Below are positions 35,168 through 44,883 of a DNA stretch of 64,000 bases, in pieces. Every line of letters starts with the position of its first letter. The first letter of the stretch is position 1. The notes under the pieces were generated by a model. The model saw only the letters and a program-made list of their open reading frames with translations. It had not been told where the DNA came from and did not search any database. A program made the translations under genes and the position numbers. The stretch comes from a candidate division FCPU426 bacterium (GTDB lineage: Bacteria > Oederibacteriota > Muellerivitia > Muellerivitales > Muellerivitaceae), in the NCBI GenBank assembly GCA_963738405.1, contig CAVTWJ010000001.1, positions 128,001-192,000 on the forward strand. The letters run 5' to 3'.

Positions 35168-36820
35168 TTGAACAATTTCATTCAACAACTCGTTCAGCAA
35201 TTTAGGGAAGTTTGGGGCCGTCTTAATTCCTGGCAAAAGGGTTTATTGATTGGGATTCCGACCCTTTTGTTTGCGGGATTATTACTGTTTATCCTGCTTT
35301 CTTCAAGAGCGCGGTACGAAGTCCTTTACTCTCATTTGGAAGAAAAGGATGCCGCTGAAGTTGCGGCTGAACTTAAGAAAGAAAATATTCCCTACAAAAT
35401 TTCTTCAAAAGATAATTTTGTTATGGTTTTGGTGCCGACCGAAAAAGTATATGACACTCGTTTAAGTCTGGCTGGACAAGGCCTTCCACACGGAAGTGGT
35501 GTTGGATACGAGATTTTTGACCAGCCAAAATGGGGAACAACCGATTTCACCCAGAAAGTTAATTACAAAAGGGCATTGGAAGGGGAACTTCAGCGAACGA
35601 TTGGCAATTTGCAACAGATTCAAACCGCTCGGGTAAGCATCGTCATCCCTGAGCCTGAACTATTTACAGAACAAGAAAAACCTACAACGGCTTCGGTTGT
35701 ATTGGATATGAAGGCTGACGAAGTTCTTAAAAAGGAACAGGTTCGAGGAATTGTACACTTAGTTGCCGCTAGCGTGGAAGGTTTAAAGCCGGAAAATGTA
35801 GAGGTCATTGATAGCAAAGGAAATATCCTTTCTGGCTTTATTGAAGAAGAGGCCGAAGACAATAATCAAGAGAGCTTGAACGGAGGAAGTAATCTTACTC
35901 AACAGGCGAAATTAACTCTTCATGAAATGGAAATTCAACAAAATTTCGAGAAGGATGTTGAGCGTAAAGTTACAGCTATGCTGACGAAGGTTATGGGCGG
36001 AAATAATCGAATCGCTGTTTCGGTTTCCGCAGAATTGAATTTTGATAAAACAGAAGCTGATTCAGAAGTTTTTGAACCAGTAGTTGATGGGCAGGGAATA
36101 GCTCGATCCACGCAATCAAAGAAGGAACAATATGTGGGGGATGGAGGATTCCCGTCAAATGTGGTTGGCGGAGTTCCGGGGACTGACACAAACATTCCTG
36201 GTTATCAAGCGATCTCTGGTTCGAACGCCCAGTATTCTAAAGAAGAAAATACTACGAATTATGAAATTAATCGCACGGTTAAACATAACGTTATCGCACC
36301 AGGTTCTCCTAAGAGAATTTCAATCGGTGTTTTTGTGGACAATCTACAGCCCCAACAAGTTGTGGCCATAAAGTCTGCGGTCGTAGCTGCTGCAGGGTTG
36401 GATTTGAATCGCGGTGATCAAGTTGATGTAGAAAACATGCCGTTTGACAACTCCCAGGAAGTGGCCAGCTTGAAGGAGACGCAGATGGAAACACAGCAAA
36501 ATTTTGTTATGACGCTTTTGAAAATTGGTCTGTTGGTTTTGATGGCTTTTGGCGTATTGCTTTTCCTTCGGTCGTTATTGAAACCGCGCAGGGAAAAGAA
36601 ATACGTGGAAGCTATGGATGATATTGGCGATGAACCGGTGGTGGTGCCGCAGGTTGAAGATATTATCACGACGGATGTAACGGCAGAAGATTTGGCAAGG
36701 GCTGAATCGGCTCGTGAGGCTAAAAAACGCGAAGCTGTCCGAAAAGAAGTTTTTGAAATGGCGAATCGCAATCCCGAGAATGTCGCCCAAATTATTAAGA
36801 AATGGCTTTCTGAGGAGTAG
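35168..36820 (+). CDS. fliF: Flagellar M-ring protein FliF
   Basis: GYEIFD, RALEGEL.RTI, ASVVL, LVAASVEGL, NYEI, RGD, NPE.VAQIIKKWL. Confidence 0.97.
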   Translation: MNNFIQQLVQQFREVWGRLNSWQKGLLIGIPTLLFAGLLLFILLSSRARYEVLYSHLEEKDAAEVAAELKKENIPYKISSKDNFVMVLVPTEKVYDTRLSLAGQGLPHGSGVGYEIFDQPKWGTTDFTQKVNYKRALEGELQRTIGNLQQIQTARVSIVIPEPELFTEQEKPTTASVVLDMKADEVLKKEQVRGIVHLVAASVEGLKPENVEVIDSKGNILSGFIEEEAEDNNQESLNGGSNLTQQAKLTLHEMEIQQNFEKDVERKVTAMLTKVMGGNNRIAVSVSAELNFDKTEADSEVFEPVVDGQGIARSTQSKKEQYVGDGGFPSNVVGGVPGTDTNIPGYQAISGSNAQYSKEENTTNYEINRTVKHNVIAPGSPKRISIGVFVDNLQPQQVVAIKSAVVAAAGLDLNRGDQVDVENMPFDNSQEVASLKETQMETQQNFVMTLLKIGLLVLMAFGVLLFLRSLLKPRREKKYVEAMDDIGDEPVVVPQVEDIITTDVTAEDLARAESAREAKKREAVRKEVFEMANRNPENVAQIIKKWLSEE

Positions 36821-36825
36821 GGTTC

Positions 36826-37845
36826 ATGCCAGAGACCAAGAAAAAAATGATCTTATCAGGCGAGCAAAAAGCTGCAGCCCTTCTTATCTCGTTGGGGCCG
36901 GAATTAGCCGCCAAGATCTATCAACATTTAAAAGAAGAAACGGTTGAGCAGGTAACACTGCAAATCGCCAATCTGCGTAAAATCACCCCTGAAGAAAAAG
37001 ATTCGGTAATGCAGGAGGTGCTAAATATTGCTGCTGCCCAGGAATATATTTCCCAGGGTGGCGTAGAATACGCCCACGAAATTCTCGAAAAGGCCTTGGG
37101 GGCAAACAAGGCCATGGAGATTATCAATCGTTTGCAAGGTTCGCTGCAAATGACCCCTTTTGATTACATCAAAAGAACTGATCCCCAGCAATTGCTGAAC
37201 TTTATTCAATCGGAACATCCGCAAACAATAGCGTTGATATTGGCGCATCTGACTCCGGAACATTCCGCGACCATTTTGGGCGCATTGCCAGCGGACGTTC
37301 AGGTGGATGTTGCGACCCGTATTGCTGTTTTGGACCGTGCCGCTCCCGACGTGGTGATGGAAATTGAGCGTGTTTTGGAAAGGCGGATTTCATCCATCTT
37401 TACCCAGGAATTTACTGCGGCGGGTGGTGTTCGCGCACTGGCGGAGGTTCTAAACCGTGCGGACCGTTCTACGGAAAAGGCAATTATGGAAAAGTTGGAA
37501 GAATCTAACCCCGAGTTAGCTGAAGAAGTCAAACGTCTCATGTTTGTGTTCGATGACTTGATTAACCTCGACAATCGCACAATCCAACAGGTGCTGCGGG
37601 AAGTTGATGCTAAAGATTTGGCTTTGGCGTTAAAGGGTGCAAAAGAAGAAGTGAAAGAACATTTGCTGAAAAACATGTCTAGCCGTGCCAAAGCAATGAT
37701 CCTCGAGGATATGGAGGTAATGGGACCTGTTCGGTTAAAGCATGCGGAAGAAGCCCAGCAAAAAATTGTCAACGTGGTCAGACAATTGGAGGAAATGGGC
37801 GAAATTGTGGTTGCTCGTGGCGGTGAAGAAGAAGTGATGATCTAA
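36826..37845 (+). CDS. fliG: Flagellar motor switch protein FliG
   Basis: QKAAALL, GGVEYA, EHPQTIA, MFVFDD, NMSSRA, GPVRL. Confidence 0.98.
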   Translation: MPETKKKMILSGEQKAAALLISLGPELAAKIYQHLKEETVEQVTLQIANLRKITPEEKDSVMQEVLNIAAAQEYISQGGVEYAHEILEKALGANKAMEIINRLQGSLQMTPFDYIKRTDPQQLLNFIQSEHPQTIALILAHLTPEHSATILGALPADVQVDVATRIAVLDRAAPDVVMEIERVLERRISSIFTQEFTAAGGVRALAEVLNRADRSTEKAIMEKLEESNPELAEEVKRLMFVFDDLINLDNRTIQQVLREVDAKDLALALKGAKEEVKEHLLKNMSSRAKAMILEDMEVMGPVRLKHAEEAQQKIVNVVRQLEEMGEIVVARGGEEEVMI

Positions 37846-37872
37846 ATTGTCTGAAAGAAATCGGAGTCAACT

Positions 37873-38787
37873 TTGAGTAGAGAAGTATTGACGCAGGGGG
37901 ATTACGATTTGGTTCAGAGTGGATATTTACTTGATAATTCGCTTTGGCAAGCAGAAATTCATCGTCGGTTAGAAGTTGAGAGGAAAACCAGTCCAGTTCA
38001 ATCTTGGCTTTTGGGTGCGGGGACGGTTCAACTTCAATCATTTGAGTTGGGAAGCTTTGAGGAAGTTCCGATTGCTTCGAATTCAAATGACTCGACTGTG
38101 GAACCAACTGAGGATGAAATTAAGGCTCGGATGCTGGAAATAGCTGAGGCCGAGGCGCGGAAGATCAAGGAAGCGGCTCGAAAAACAGGACTTGAAATTA
38201 CTGAACAAGCTCATTGGGAAGCTCAAGAAATATTGTCAAAAGCAAAAGAGGAAGCGCGTCAAGAATCGTTGAAGATATGGGATGAAACTAAAAGCAAAGC
38301 CAGGCTTGAAGGTATAGCGGAAGGCAATCGAGAAGGATTACTGAAAGGTCAAGAAGAGGGGTCGAAATCGTTTGAAGCTTCAGTGCGAAAATGGGACGGA
38401 ATGGCACAACAGTTATTAGTCGAACGGAATGAAGTTTTGTCTGACATGAAGCCGCTCTTGGCCGAATTGTTAGAGGAGGCTTTGAAGCGATGTCTTCAAA
38501 GTGAAGCAGTTGTAAATAAACAAATGGTGATTGGTTTTGCAGAAGAAGCGATTCAAAAAGCTCATGATCGTCTTCTTTTGAAATTACATGTGAATCCTTT
38601 GGATTTAACAGAGTTTGAGGCAAACCGGCAAAAACTACAATTGATAGTGGGATCTGCTCCTTTGGAATTGGTGGCGGATGCTAGAATCGAACGCGGTGGT
38701 TGCCTTCTTGAGACGGAGGCGGGCTCAATTGATGCCCGGATTAATTCAATCGTTGCCCAGGTTAAGAAATCCTTGGAATTGGTTTAG
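37873..38787 (+). CDS. fliH: Flagellar assembly protein FliH
   Basis: GxxxG repeats, VNP.D, D.RIERGGCLLET..G.IDA; position fliG-fliI. Confidence 0.9.
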   Translation: MSREVLTQGDYDLVQSGYLLDNSLWQAEIHRRLEVERKTSPVQSWLLGAGTVQLQSFELGSFEEVPIASNSNDSTVEPTEDEIKARMLEIAEAEARKIKEAARKTGLEITEQAHWEAQEILSKAKEEARQESLKIWDETKSKARLEGIAEGNREGLLKGQEEGSKSFEASVRKWDGMAQQLLVERNEVLSDMKPLLAELLEEALKRCLQSEAVVNKQMVIGFAEEAIQKAHDRLLLKLHVNPLDLTEFEANRQKLQLIVGSAPLELVADARIERGGCLLETEAGSIDARINSIVAQVKKSLELV

Positions 38788-38815
38788 TTGATAATTGTGA
38801 AAGAGGGAGATTATT

Positions 38816-40156
38816 TTGAACCCGGTTTTGAACGATATATTACCGTCTCTTGAACAACTAAAGGATCGGCTTCAAAATTCGGATATCCTTCGAGTCAATG
38901 GTCGTGTGGAACAGATAGTTGGCCTTGTTATTGAGTCATCTGGTCCGATGGTAAGCGTTGGGGAAGCTTGTTGGATTACTCCGGTTGAGGGGCAAGGTCC
39001 ACCAGTTTTGGCTGAGGCGGTGGGTTTTCGACAAAACAGGGTGCTTTTGATGCCGCTGGGAGAAATGAGGGGCTTGGGCCCGGGTAGTGAGGTGGTGCGA
39101 ACGGGTGCCCCATTTCGCATTCCTGTAGGACTAGGACTTTTGGGACGAGTCGTTGATGCAATGGGTGAGCCGATAGATGGAAAAGGTCCATTAAGGGGAC
39201 TGAATGATCTTTATCCGATTCATCGTGAGCCGCCACCAGCTATGGAACGGCGTAGGATTCAAGAGCCTGTATCGACTGGTGTGAGGGCTTTGGATGCGCT
39301 TTTGACCTTGGGGGAAGGACAAAGACTTGGAATCTTTTCAGGCTCAGGGGTTGGGAAAAGCACACTCTTGGGAATGATAGCAAGAGATACGAACGCCGAT
39401 ATAAATGTAATTGCTTTGGTTGGAGAGCGTGGGAGAGAGGTTAGAGATTTTCTGGAAAGAGATTTGGGGGATAAAGGTTTGACACGCAGTGTGGTGGTTG
39501 TGGCCACATCGGATCAACCCTCTTTGCTGAGGATTCAAGCGGCGCTGGTGGCAACGGCGGTGGCAGAATATTTCAGGGATCAGGGCAAAAGAGTTATGCT
39601 AATGATGGATTCAATTACCCGCTTTGCGATGGCCCAAAGAGAAGTCGGGTTGGCAATAGGCGAGCCCCCTACGACAAAGGGATATACACCTTCAGTATTT
39701 GCCTTGTTGCCCAAACTACTTGAACGTGCTGGCACGACGGCGCATCAAGGAAGTATTACCGGCCTCTATACCATACTTGTAGAGGCGGACGATATGAATG
39801 AACCCGTTGCGGATTCCTGTCGAGCGATTTTGGATGGACATGTGGTGCTTTCTCGAGAATTGGCTTCTCAGAATCACTATCCTGCCATCGATGTTCTAAA
39901 CAGCGTTTCTCGTGTTATGGGAGATATAGTGTCTCCAAGTCATTTAGAGGCGGCCAGTAAAATTCGGTCTGTGCTTTCGACCTATAAAAGTGTTGAAGAT
40001 TTAATTGCTATTGGAGCTTATGTGAAGGGGAGTAATTCCAAAGTCGATCAAGCTTTGGCAAGGTTGGAAGGGGTTCAGACTTTTTTGAAACAGGGTCGAA
40101 ATGAAGACTCTCGTTGGGAAGAAACCTTGGATAAGTTAAAAGCATTTTTAAATTAG
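38816..40156 (+). CDS. fliI: Flagellar export ATPase FliI
   Basis: GSGVGKST, LVGERGREV, DSITRFAMAQRE, LDGHVVLSR, YPAID. Confidence 0.98.
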   Translation: MNPVLNDILPSLEQLKDRLQNSDILRVNGRVEQIVGLVIESSGPMVSVGEACWITPVEGQGPPVLAEAVGFRQNRVLLMPLGEMRGLGPGSEVVRTGAPFRIPVGLGLLGRVVDAMGEPIDGKGPLRGLNDLYPIHREPPPAMERRRIQEPVSTGVRALDALLTLGEGQRLGIFSGSGVGKSTLLGMIARDTNADINVIALVGERGREVRDFLERDLGDKGLTRSVVVVATSDQPSLLRIQAALVATAVAEYFRDQGKRVMLMMDSITRFAMAQREVGLAIGEPPTTKGYTPSVFALLPKLLERAGTTAHQGSITGLYTILVEADDMNEPVADSCRAILDGHVVLSRELASQNHYPAIDVLNSVSRVMGDIVSPSHLEAASKIRSVLSTYKSVEDLIAIGAYVKGSNSKVDQALARLEGVQTFLKQGRNEDSRWEETLDKLKAFLN

Positions 40157-40162
40157 GAACCT

Positions 40163-40651
40163 ATGGCACACCGATTTCGCTTTAGATTAGAACAGGTGTT
40201 GGACCTTCGAAAGCAGATTGAAGATTCAAAAGCTAGAGAATTGTCTATAGCTAAAGGCGAGTTAATAAAATTGGAGGAATTGATCCAGTCTCATGGCACA
40301 GAAGAAGAGTCATTTCTTTTGGCTTTTAGCAATATGGAAAAAACAGGGTCTTTTGATGTGGAACAGGGAATGGCATTCAGTGATTATAAGAATCACCTGA
40401 TCTTTCGGGAAAAAACTCTTAAAAAACGAGAGATTGAGTGGCGGAATGAAGTGGAGCGTCGAAGAGTTATTGCTGTAAAGGCTTCTCGTGAACGGAAACT
40501 TTTGGATAATCTTAAAGAAAAACAGCAAAAGATGCATGAGTCGGCGGTGGCGACTGAAGAACAAAAATTCCTAGATGAAATTTCCTCGATATCTTTTGTC
40601 CGTCGGGAACGAGCATTAAAGCTCAGGCTGGCGGTGCCGCATGGGGTTTAA
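40163..40651 (+). CDS. fliJ: Flagellar export protein FliJ
   Basis: FRFRLEQVLDLR start, LKEK....EQKFLDE; follows fliI. Confidence 0.9.
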   Translation: MAHRFRFRLEQVLDLRKQIEDSKARELSIAKGELIKLEELIQSHGTEEESFLLAFSNMEKTGSFDVEQGMAFSDYKNHLIFREKTLKKREIEWRNEVERRRVIAVKASRERKLLDNLKEKQQKMHESAVATEEQKFLDEISSISFVRRERALKLRLAVPHGV

Positions 40652-40679
40652 AACGACTTTATCTTGAGGAGGTGAAATT

Positions 40680-41492
40680 GTGGATATTGCAACTTGGTTA
40701 GGGTTGGGCTTGGGTATTTTGGGCGTTTTTGGTGGAGCTCTCCTTGATGGGACTCCTCTCGGAGCTCTTTTTCAATTTGCCGCCTTCGTCATCATATTTT
40801 TTGGCACATTAGGTGCCACGATGATGAGTTTTCCGTACGACACAATGAAAGAAATCATTCCGGTTCTAAAGAAAGCATTTCAACGTCAGGAATTAGATCC
40901 TTCTGCCATTGTTACGCAGTTGGTCGGGTTTGCCACTAAAGCTCGGCGTGAAGGTCTGCTTGGCTTGGAAGAAGAAGCGGAAGCAGTAGCCGATCCTTTT
41001 CTAAAAAAAGGCCTTCAGTTGGTTGTGGATGGTACTGATATTGAAATGATACGCAATATTATGGAAACCGACATCGCGTTCTTAGAGTCTAGACATAAAG
41101 TGGGTGAAAGCATTTTTGGAACCTTTGGCGGTTTTTGTCCTACTCTGGGAATTATCGGAACAGTTATTGGACTAGTACACGCCTTATCCGCATTCGGTTC
41201 TGGTGAAGCGGATCCCGTTGCTCTAGTAGCAGCTATTGCTACGGCGTTTATTGCAACATTGTATGGTATTGGATTTGCAAACCTCTTTTTTCTTCCAATA
41301 TCATTTAAATTGAAGCAAAACAGTCAACAAGAAGTACTTCTTCGCGAGGTAATGCTTGAGGGTATTCTTGCCATATCTGCGGGAGATAACCCCCGCATCG
41401 TAGAAGAAAAACTTAAAGCTTTCTTGCCGCCTAAGTTGAAATTAAATATGGACGCCCAAAAGGCTGAGGGTGAAGGAAAGCCAGAAGAATGA
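40680..41492 (+). CDS. motA: Flagellar stator protein MotA
   Basis: ARREGLLGLE, FLKKGLQLVVDG, PTLGIIGTVIGL, AFIATLYG, GDNPR. Confidence 0.96.
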   Translation: MDIATWLGLGLGILGVFGGALLDGTPLGALFQFAAFVIIFFGTLGATMMSFPYDTMKEIIPVLKKAFQRQELDPSAIVTQLVGFATKARREGLLGLEEEAEAVADPFLKKGLQLVVDGTDIEMIRNIMETDIAFLESRHKVGESIFGTFGGFCPTLGIIGTVIGLVHALSAFGSGEADPVALVAAIATAFIATLYGIGFANLFFLPISFKLKQNSQQEVLLREVMLEGILAISAGDNPRIVEEKLKAFLPPKLKLNMDAQKAEGEGKPEE

Positions 41493-41552
41493 AAAAAAAA
41501 ATATATATCGAATATTTTATAAGTTTGTGCAGTTTAGTTAAGGGAGCATCAA

Positions 41553-42332
41553 ATGCCTAAACGTCGTAAGGGTGGCCACGAGGCGGGATTGGAGATGGAA
41601 TCCGGCGGGATGATGCGTTGGCTATTAACCTATGCCGACTTGATCACCTTGCTTTTGGCTACTTTTATTATTCTTTTCGCGACTGCAACACAGAGTAAGG
41701 CGATCGTTCAGGAAATAAAGGCTCAAATTCGCGCTGTCTTTGGACCGATAGTTGGAAATACATCGATTCTCCAGAGTTCTGCCGCCAATTCTGGTGAACA
41801 CTACAAAGTATTACCGGGGGAACCGGAAGAAGGTGGCCCTGGGGGAATACAAAAACCAACCCGCGCAGAGGGGACTGGTGGTGAAATTAATGCCAAGGAA
41901 CTTTCTAAAATCCTTCAAAAACAATTGGGCGCAAACAAAGTTCAAATTCGAAAGGAAGCCAGAGGATTGGTAGTTAGTTTGTTGACGGACAAAGTTCTCT
42001 TTGATTTGGGAGATATTCATATTAAAAAAGAAATGATCCCTGTGTTGGATCAAATTGGGGACTTTTTACAACGCAATCCCCAGAATAGGATAGCGGTTGA
42101 AGGGCATACGGATGATTTAACCATTCATTCTGCTAAGTTCCCGGGTAATTGGGAACTTTCAGCTCTTCGTGCAACGTCAGTAGTTAAGTTTTTTGTAACG
42201 CAGCGCGGATTGGATCCAAGCCGTTTTTCGGCGGCGGGTTATGCCGAATACCAACCCTTGGTGCCAAACATCAGCGAAGCGAACCGTCGAATGAATCGTC
42301 GGGTTGATATAGTTATTTTGAAGTTGAACTAA
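41553..42332 (+). CDS. motB: Flagellar stator protein MotB
   Basis: WLLTYADLITLLL, VEGHTD, NWELSALRA, NRRVDI. Confidence 0.96.
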   Translation: MPKRRKGGHEAGLEMESGGMMRWLLTYADLITLLLATFIILFATATQSKAIVQEIKAQIRAVFGPIVGNTSILQSSAANSGEHYKVLPGEPEEGGPGGIQKPTRAEGTGGEINAKELSKILQKQLGANKVQIRKEARGLVVSLLTDKVLFDLGDIHIKKEMIPVLDQIGDFLQRNPQNRIAVEGHTDDLTIHSAKFPGNWELSALRATSVVKFFVTQRGLDPSRFSAAGYAEYQPLVPNISEANRRMNRRVDIVILKLN

Positions 42333-42348
42333 ACTAGGAGGATCGAAC

Positions 42349-42822
42349 ATGGCAGATCAAGGAGAGAGAGGCTCTCGCGGGGTATTAACCATCATTCTGG
42401 CTATCACCGGAGCATCGCTTCTCTTGCTTATTTTGATGGGAGGCGGAATGTTCATGCTTTGGTCTTCTAAGACGGAATCAAAAGAAGCCAAAATAATTGA
42501 ACAGAAACCCGAACCGGGCAAAATATTCAACTTGGGAAGTTTTATCGTCAATTTGGCTGATGAGGAAGCTTCGAGATATGTAAATGCTGAAGTCCAACTT
42601 GAATATAGCAAGGTCAATAAAGAATTGGATGTGGAAATTAAGGAGAGGGCGCCACAATTTCAAGATTTGGTGAACACCCTTTTAAACGATCGTAAGGCCG
42701 CAGAATTATCTACAGCGGAAGGTAAGGAACGCTTTAGAAGAGATCTTCAATTAAAGATCAATGAAACCCTTAAGTTTGGGACTGTCACCAACGTGTTCCT
42801 CACAAAATTCGCCATTCAGTAA
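42349..42822 (+). CDS. fliL: Flagellar basal-body protein FliL
   Basis: Single TM, FIVNLAD, EGKE, V.NVFLT.F.IQ. Confidence 0.92.
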   Translation: MADQGERGSRGVLTIILAITGASLLLLILMGGGMFMLWSSKTESKEAKIIEQKPEPGKIFNLGSFIVNLADEEASRYVNAEVQLEYSKVNKELDVEIKERAPQFQDLVNTLLNDRKAAELSTAEGKERFRRDLQLKINETLKFGTVTNVFLTKFAIQ

Positions 42823-42854
42823 TTTAATGGCGCTGGGGAAAGAAGGATTCAAAC

Positions 42855-43889
42855 ATGGATGACCTTTTAAGCGACGGTGAGGTAAGCGCTCTTCTTTCGG
42901 AACTTGATGTCGACATGTCCGGAAGCAGTTCTCCGGCCGCTTCGGAGATGGCTTCCGTGTCCGCACCTGAAAGTGGCGTAACGGTCGATGAGCAAGGCCG
43001 TAAAATCAAAACGTACGATTTTAATCGCCCCAACCGTTTTTCCAAGGATCATATGAGAACCTTGGAAATGCTTCATGAGATATTTTCTAGAGGGTTCACG
43101 GCTTCTGTAGCAGCTTATTTACGAACTGTTGCGGAAATTAAGGTTGTTTCGGTGGTTCAACTCCCTTTTCGTGAATACACGATGTCCCTTCCGCGACCCG
43201 ATTGTATTTTCGTTGTTAAAATGGAACCACTCGATGGATCGTTTTTGTTGGAAATTAATCCTGAGTTGGTTTTGCTTTTAATTGACAGAATTCTTGGTGG
43301 CCCTGGCAAGGCCCCTACTGCTGCGAGGGAGTTAACATTAATTGAACAATCGGTCATTGAAAAAATAATCAACCGAGGAATGGAAAATCTTCAAGAAGCC
43401 TGGCTCAAAGTGGGCCATTTTCAACCGAAATTAAGTGGTTATGAAACAACCGCGCAATTTGTCCAAATCGTTGCGCCCAGTGAAATTTCAGCGGTTATAG
43501 AGTTTGAAGTAAGGGTAAATGATGTGGCCGGAAAGATGTCCATGTGTATTCCTTACGTGGTTTTGGAACCGATCATTGGTGATTTGTCCGCTCAAAAGTG
43601 GTTTACAGTTGGAAAAAAGGAGTCCACTTCGGAGACTGTTGAGAGCCTGACGAAGGTTATGAAAGAAACGAAGGTGCCGTTTGTTGTTGAAGTGGGAGCA
43701 GCCCAAATTACGGTTCAAGATCTTTTACGGCTTAAAGCGGGGGACGTCGTTCGTTTAAACACAAGTCCGAACAATGAAATTGACGTTCATATCGAAAGCT
43801 TGGTTAAATTCAAAGGTCGGCCTGGAGTTTCGTCCAAGAAAAAGGCTATTCAAGTAACAAGAATAATTTCACGAGATGAAAAAAGTTAG
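42855..43889 (+). CDS. fliM: Flagellar motor switch protein FliM
   Basis: YDFNRPNRFSKD, ILGGPG, RELT.IE, CIPY..LEPI, C-terminal SpoA domain. Confidence 0.96.
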   Translation: MDDLLSDGEVSALLSELDVDMSGSSSPAASEMASVSAPESGVTVDEQGRKIKTYDFNRPNRFSKDHMRTLEMLHEIFSRGFTASVAAYLRTVAEIKVVSVVQLPFREYTMSLPRPDCIFVVKMEPLDGSFLLEINPELVLLLIDRILGGPGKAPTAARELTLIEQSVIEKIINRGMENLQEAWLKVGHFQPKLSGYETTAQFVQIVAPSEISAVIEFEVRVNDVAGKMSMCIPYVVLEPIIGDLSAQKWFTVGKKESTSETVESLTKVMKETKVPFVVEVGAAQITVQDLLRLKAGDVVRLNTSPNNEIDVHIESLVKFKGRPGVSSKKKAIQVTRIISRDEKS

Positions 43890-43904
43890 GATCAAGGTGA
43901 AGTA

Positions 43905-44861
43905 ATGTCAGATATTTCTGCTCTTGAAGCCTTGGCAAATGATATTGCCGGGAAATGGACCCAAACATTAACGTCTTTGTTGGGCCGTGATGTCGTTGTT
44001 AATGCGCCTGTCGTAAAACCTGAGGATGCGAATGCATTCTTATCAGGGTTAACAGGTTCATGGCTTGTCACGACACTTAAAGGTATGGGCGGTTTTCCGG
44101 GTTCAGCCTTATTATTAACCGGCGAAAAGAATTCGGCAATAATTGCAGACTTATTGATTGGGCAAGATGGTACTAGCGCCCCTGAGAGAGTTACTGAGTT
44201 GCATCTATCAGCGTTTGGAGAAGTCGTTCAACAATTAATTGATGCAATTAATGGTGGAATTCAACAATCAGTAGGTTCAAATGCAGGTTATACGGTTTTG
44301 TCAACAGAGTCAAAGACTGCGGGTGATTTAGCGATTCTGATTAAGCCATTGGGTTCCCCTCTTGTGTTTGTTTCTTTTGCATTAGCTGTTCCGGGCCTTA
44401 TTGCCGGTGAGTTTTGGATTTGCTTACCCGATTCAGCAGTCGCAAGACTGTCTAATCCAACGGGAAAACCTTTGGCAACTCAGTTGCCGAAGGAGACCCC
44501 CGTTCAACCAAGAGGTGTTAGTAATAACGCCCAAATGAACGCAGGAGGTGCTTTAATGCAACAATTTGAACAGGATTTTTCAGGTTCGGCTCGTCAGGGC
44601 GGTAACATCGGCCTACTTTTAGACGTTCCTTTGAAACTAACCGTAGAACTAGGCAGGACAACGAAACTTGTCAAAGAAATCTTGGCACTTGCGCCTGGTT
44701 CGGTTGTGGAACTGGATAAATTGGCGGGAGAAGCTGTAGATATATTAGTGAATGAAAAGCCCATTGCAAAAGGTGAAGTCGTTGTAATTGACGAGAATTT
44801 CGGTGTTCGGATAACGGAAATATTGAATCCGGAGGAACGGCTTACAGCTGTCCAAGCCTGA
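43905..44861 (+). CDS. fliY: FliY-type switch protein (CheC-like domain + FliN domain)
   Basis: C-terminal LLDVPL.LTVELGRT...GEVVVIDENFGVRIT; N-terminal CheC-like region (IADLLIG, ELHLSAFGE). Confidence 0.85.
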   Translation: MSDISALEALANDIAGKWTQTLTSLLGRDVVVNAPVVKPEDANAFLSGLTGSWLVTTLKGMGGFPGSALLLTGEKNSAIIADLLIGQDGTSAPERVTELHLSAFGEVVQQLIDAINGGIQQSVGSNAGYTVLSTESKTAGDLAILIKPLGSPLVFVSFALAVPGLIAGEFWICLPDSAVARLSNPTGKPLATQLPKETPVQPRGVSNNAQMNAGGALMQQFEQDFSGSARQGGNIGLLLDVPLKLTVELGRTTKLVKEILALAPGSVVELDKLAGEAVDILVNEKPIAKGEVVVIDENFGVRITEILNPEERLTAVQA

Positions 44862-44883
44862 CACGGCTTTAGCAAAGTTTTTT

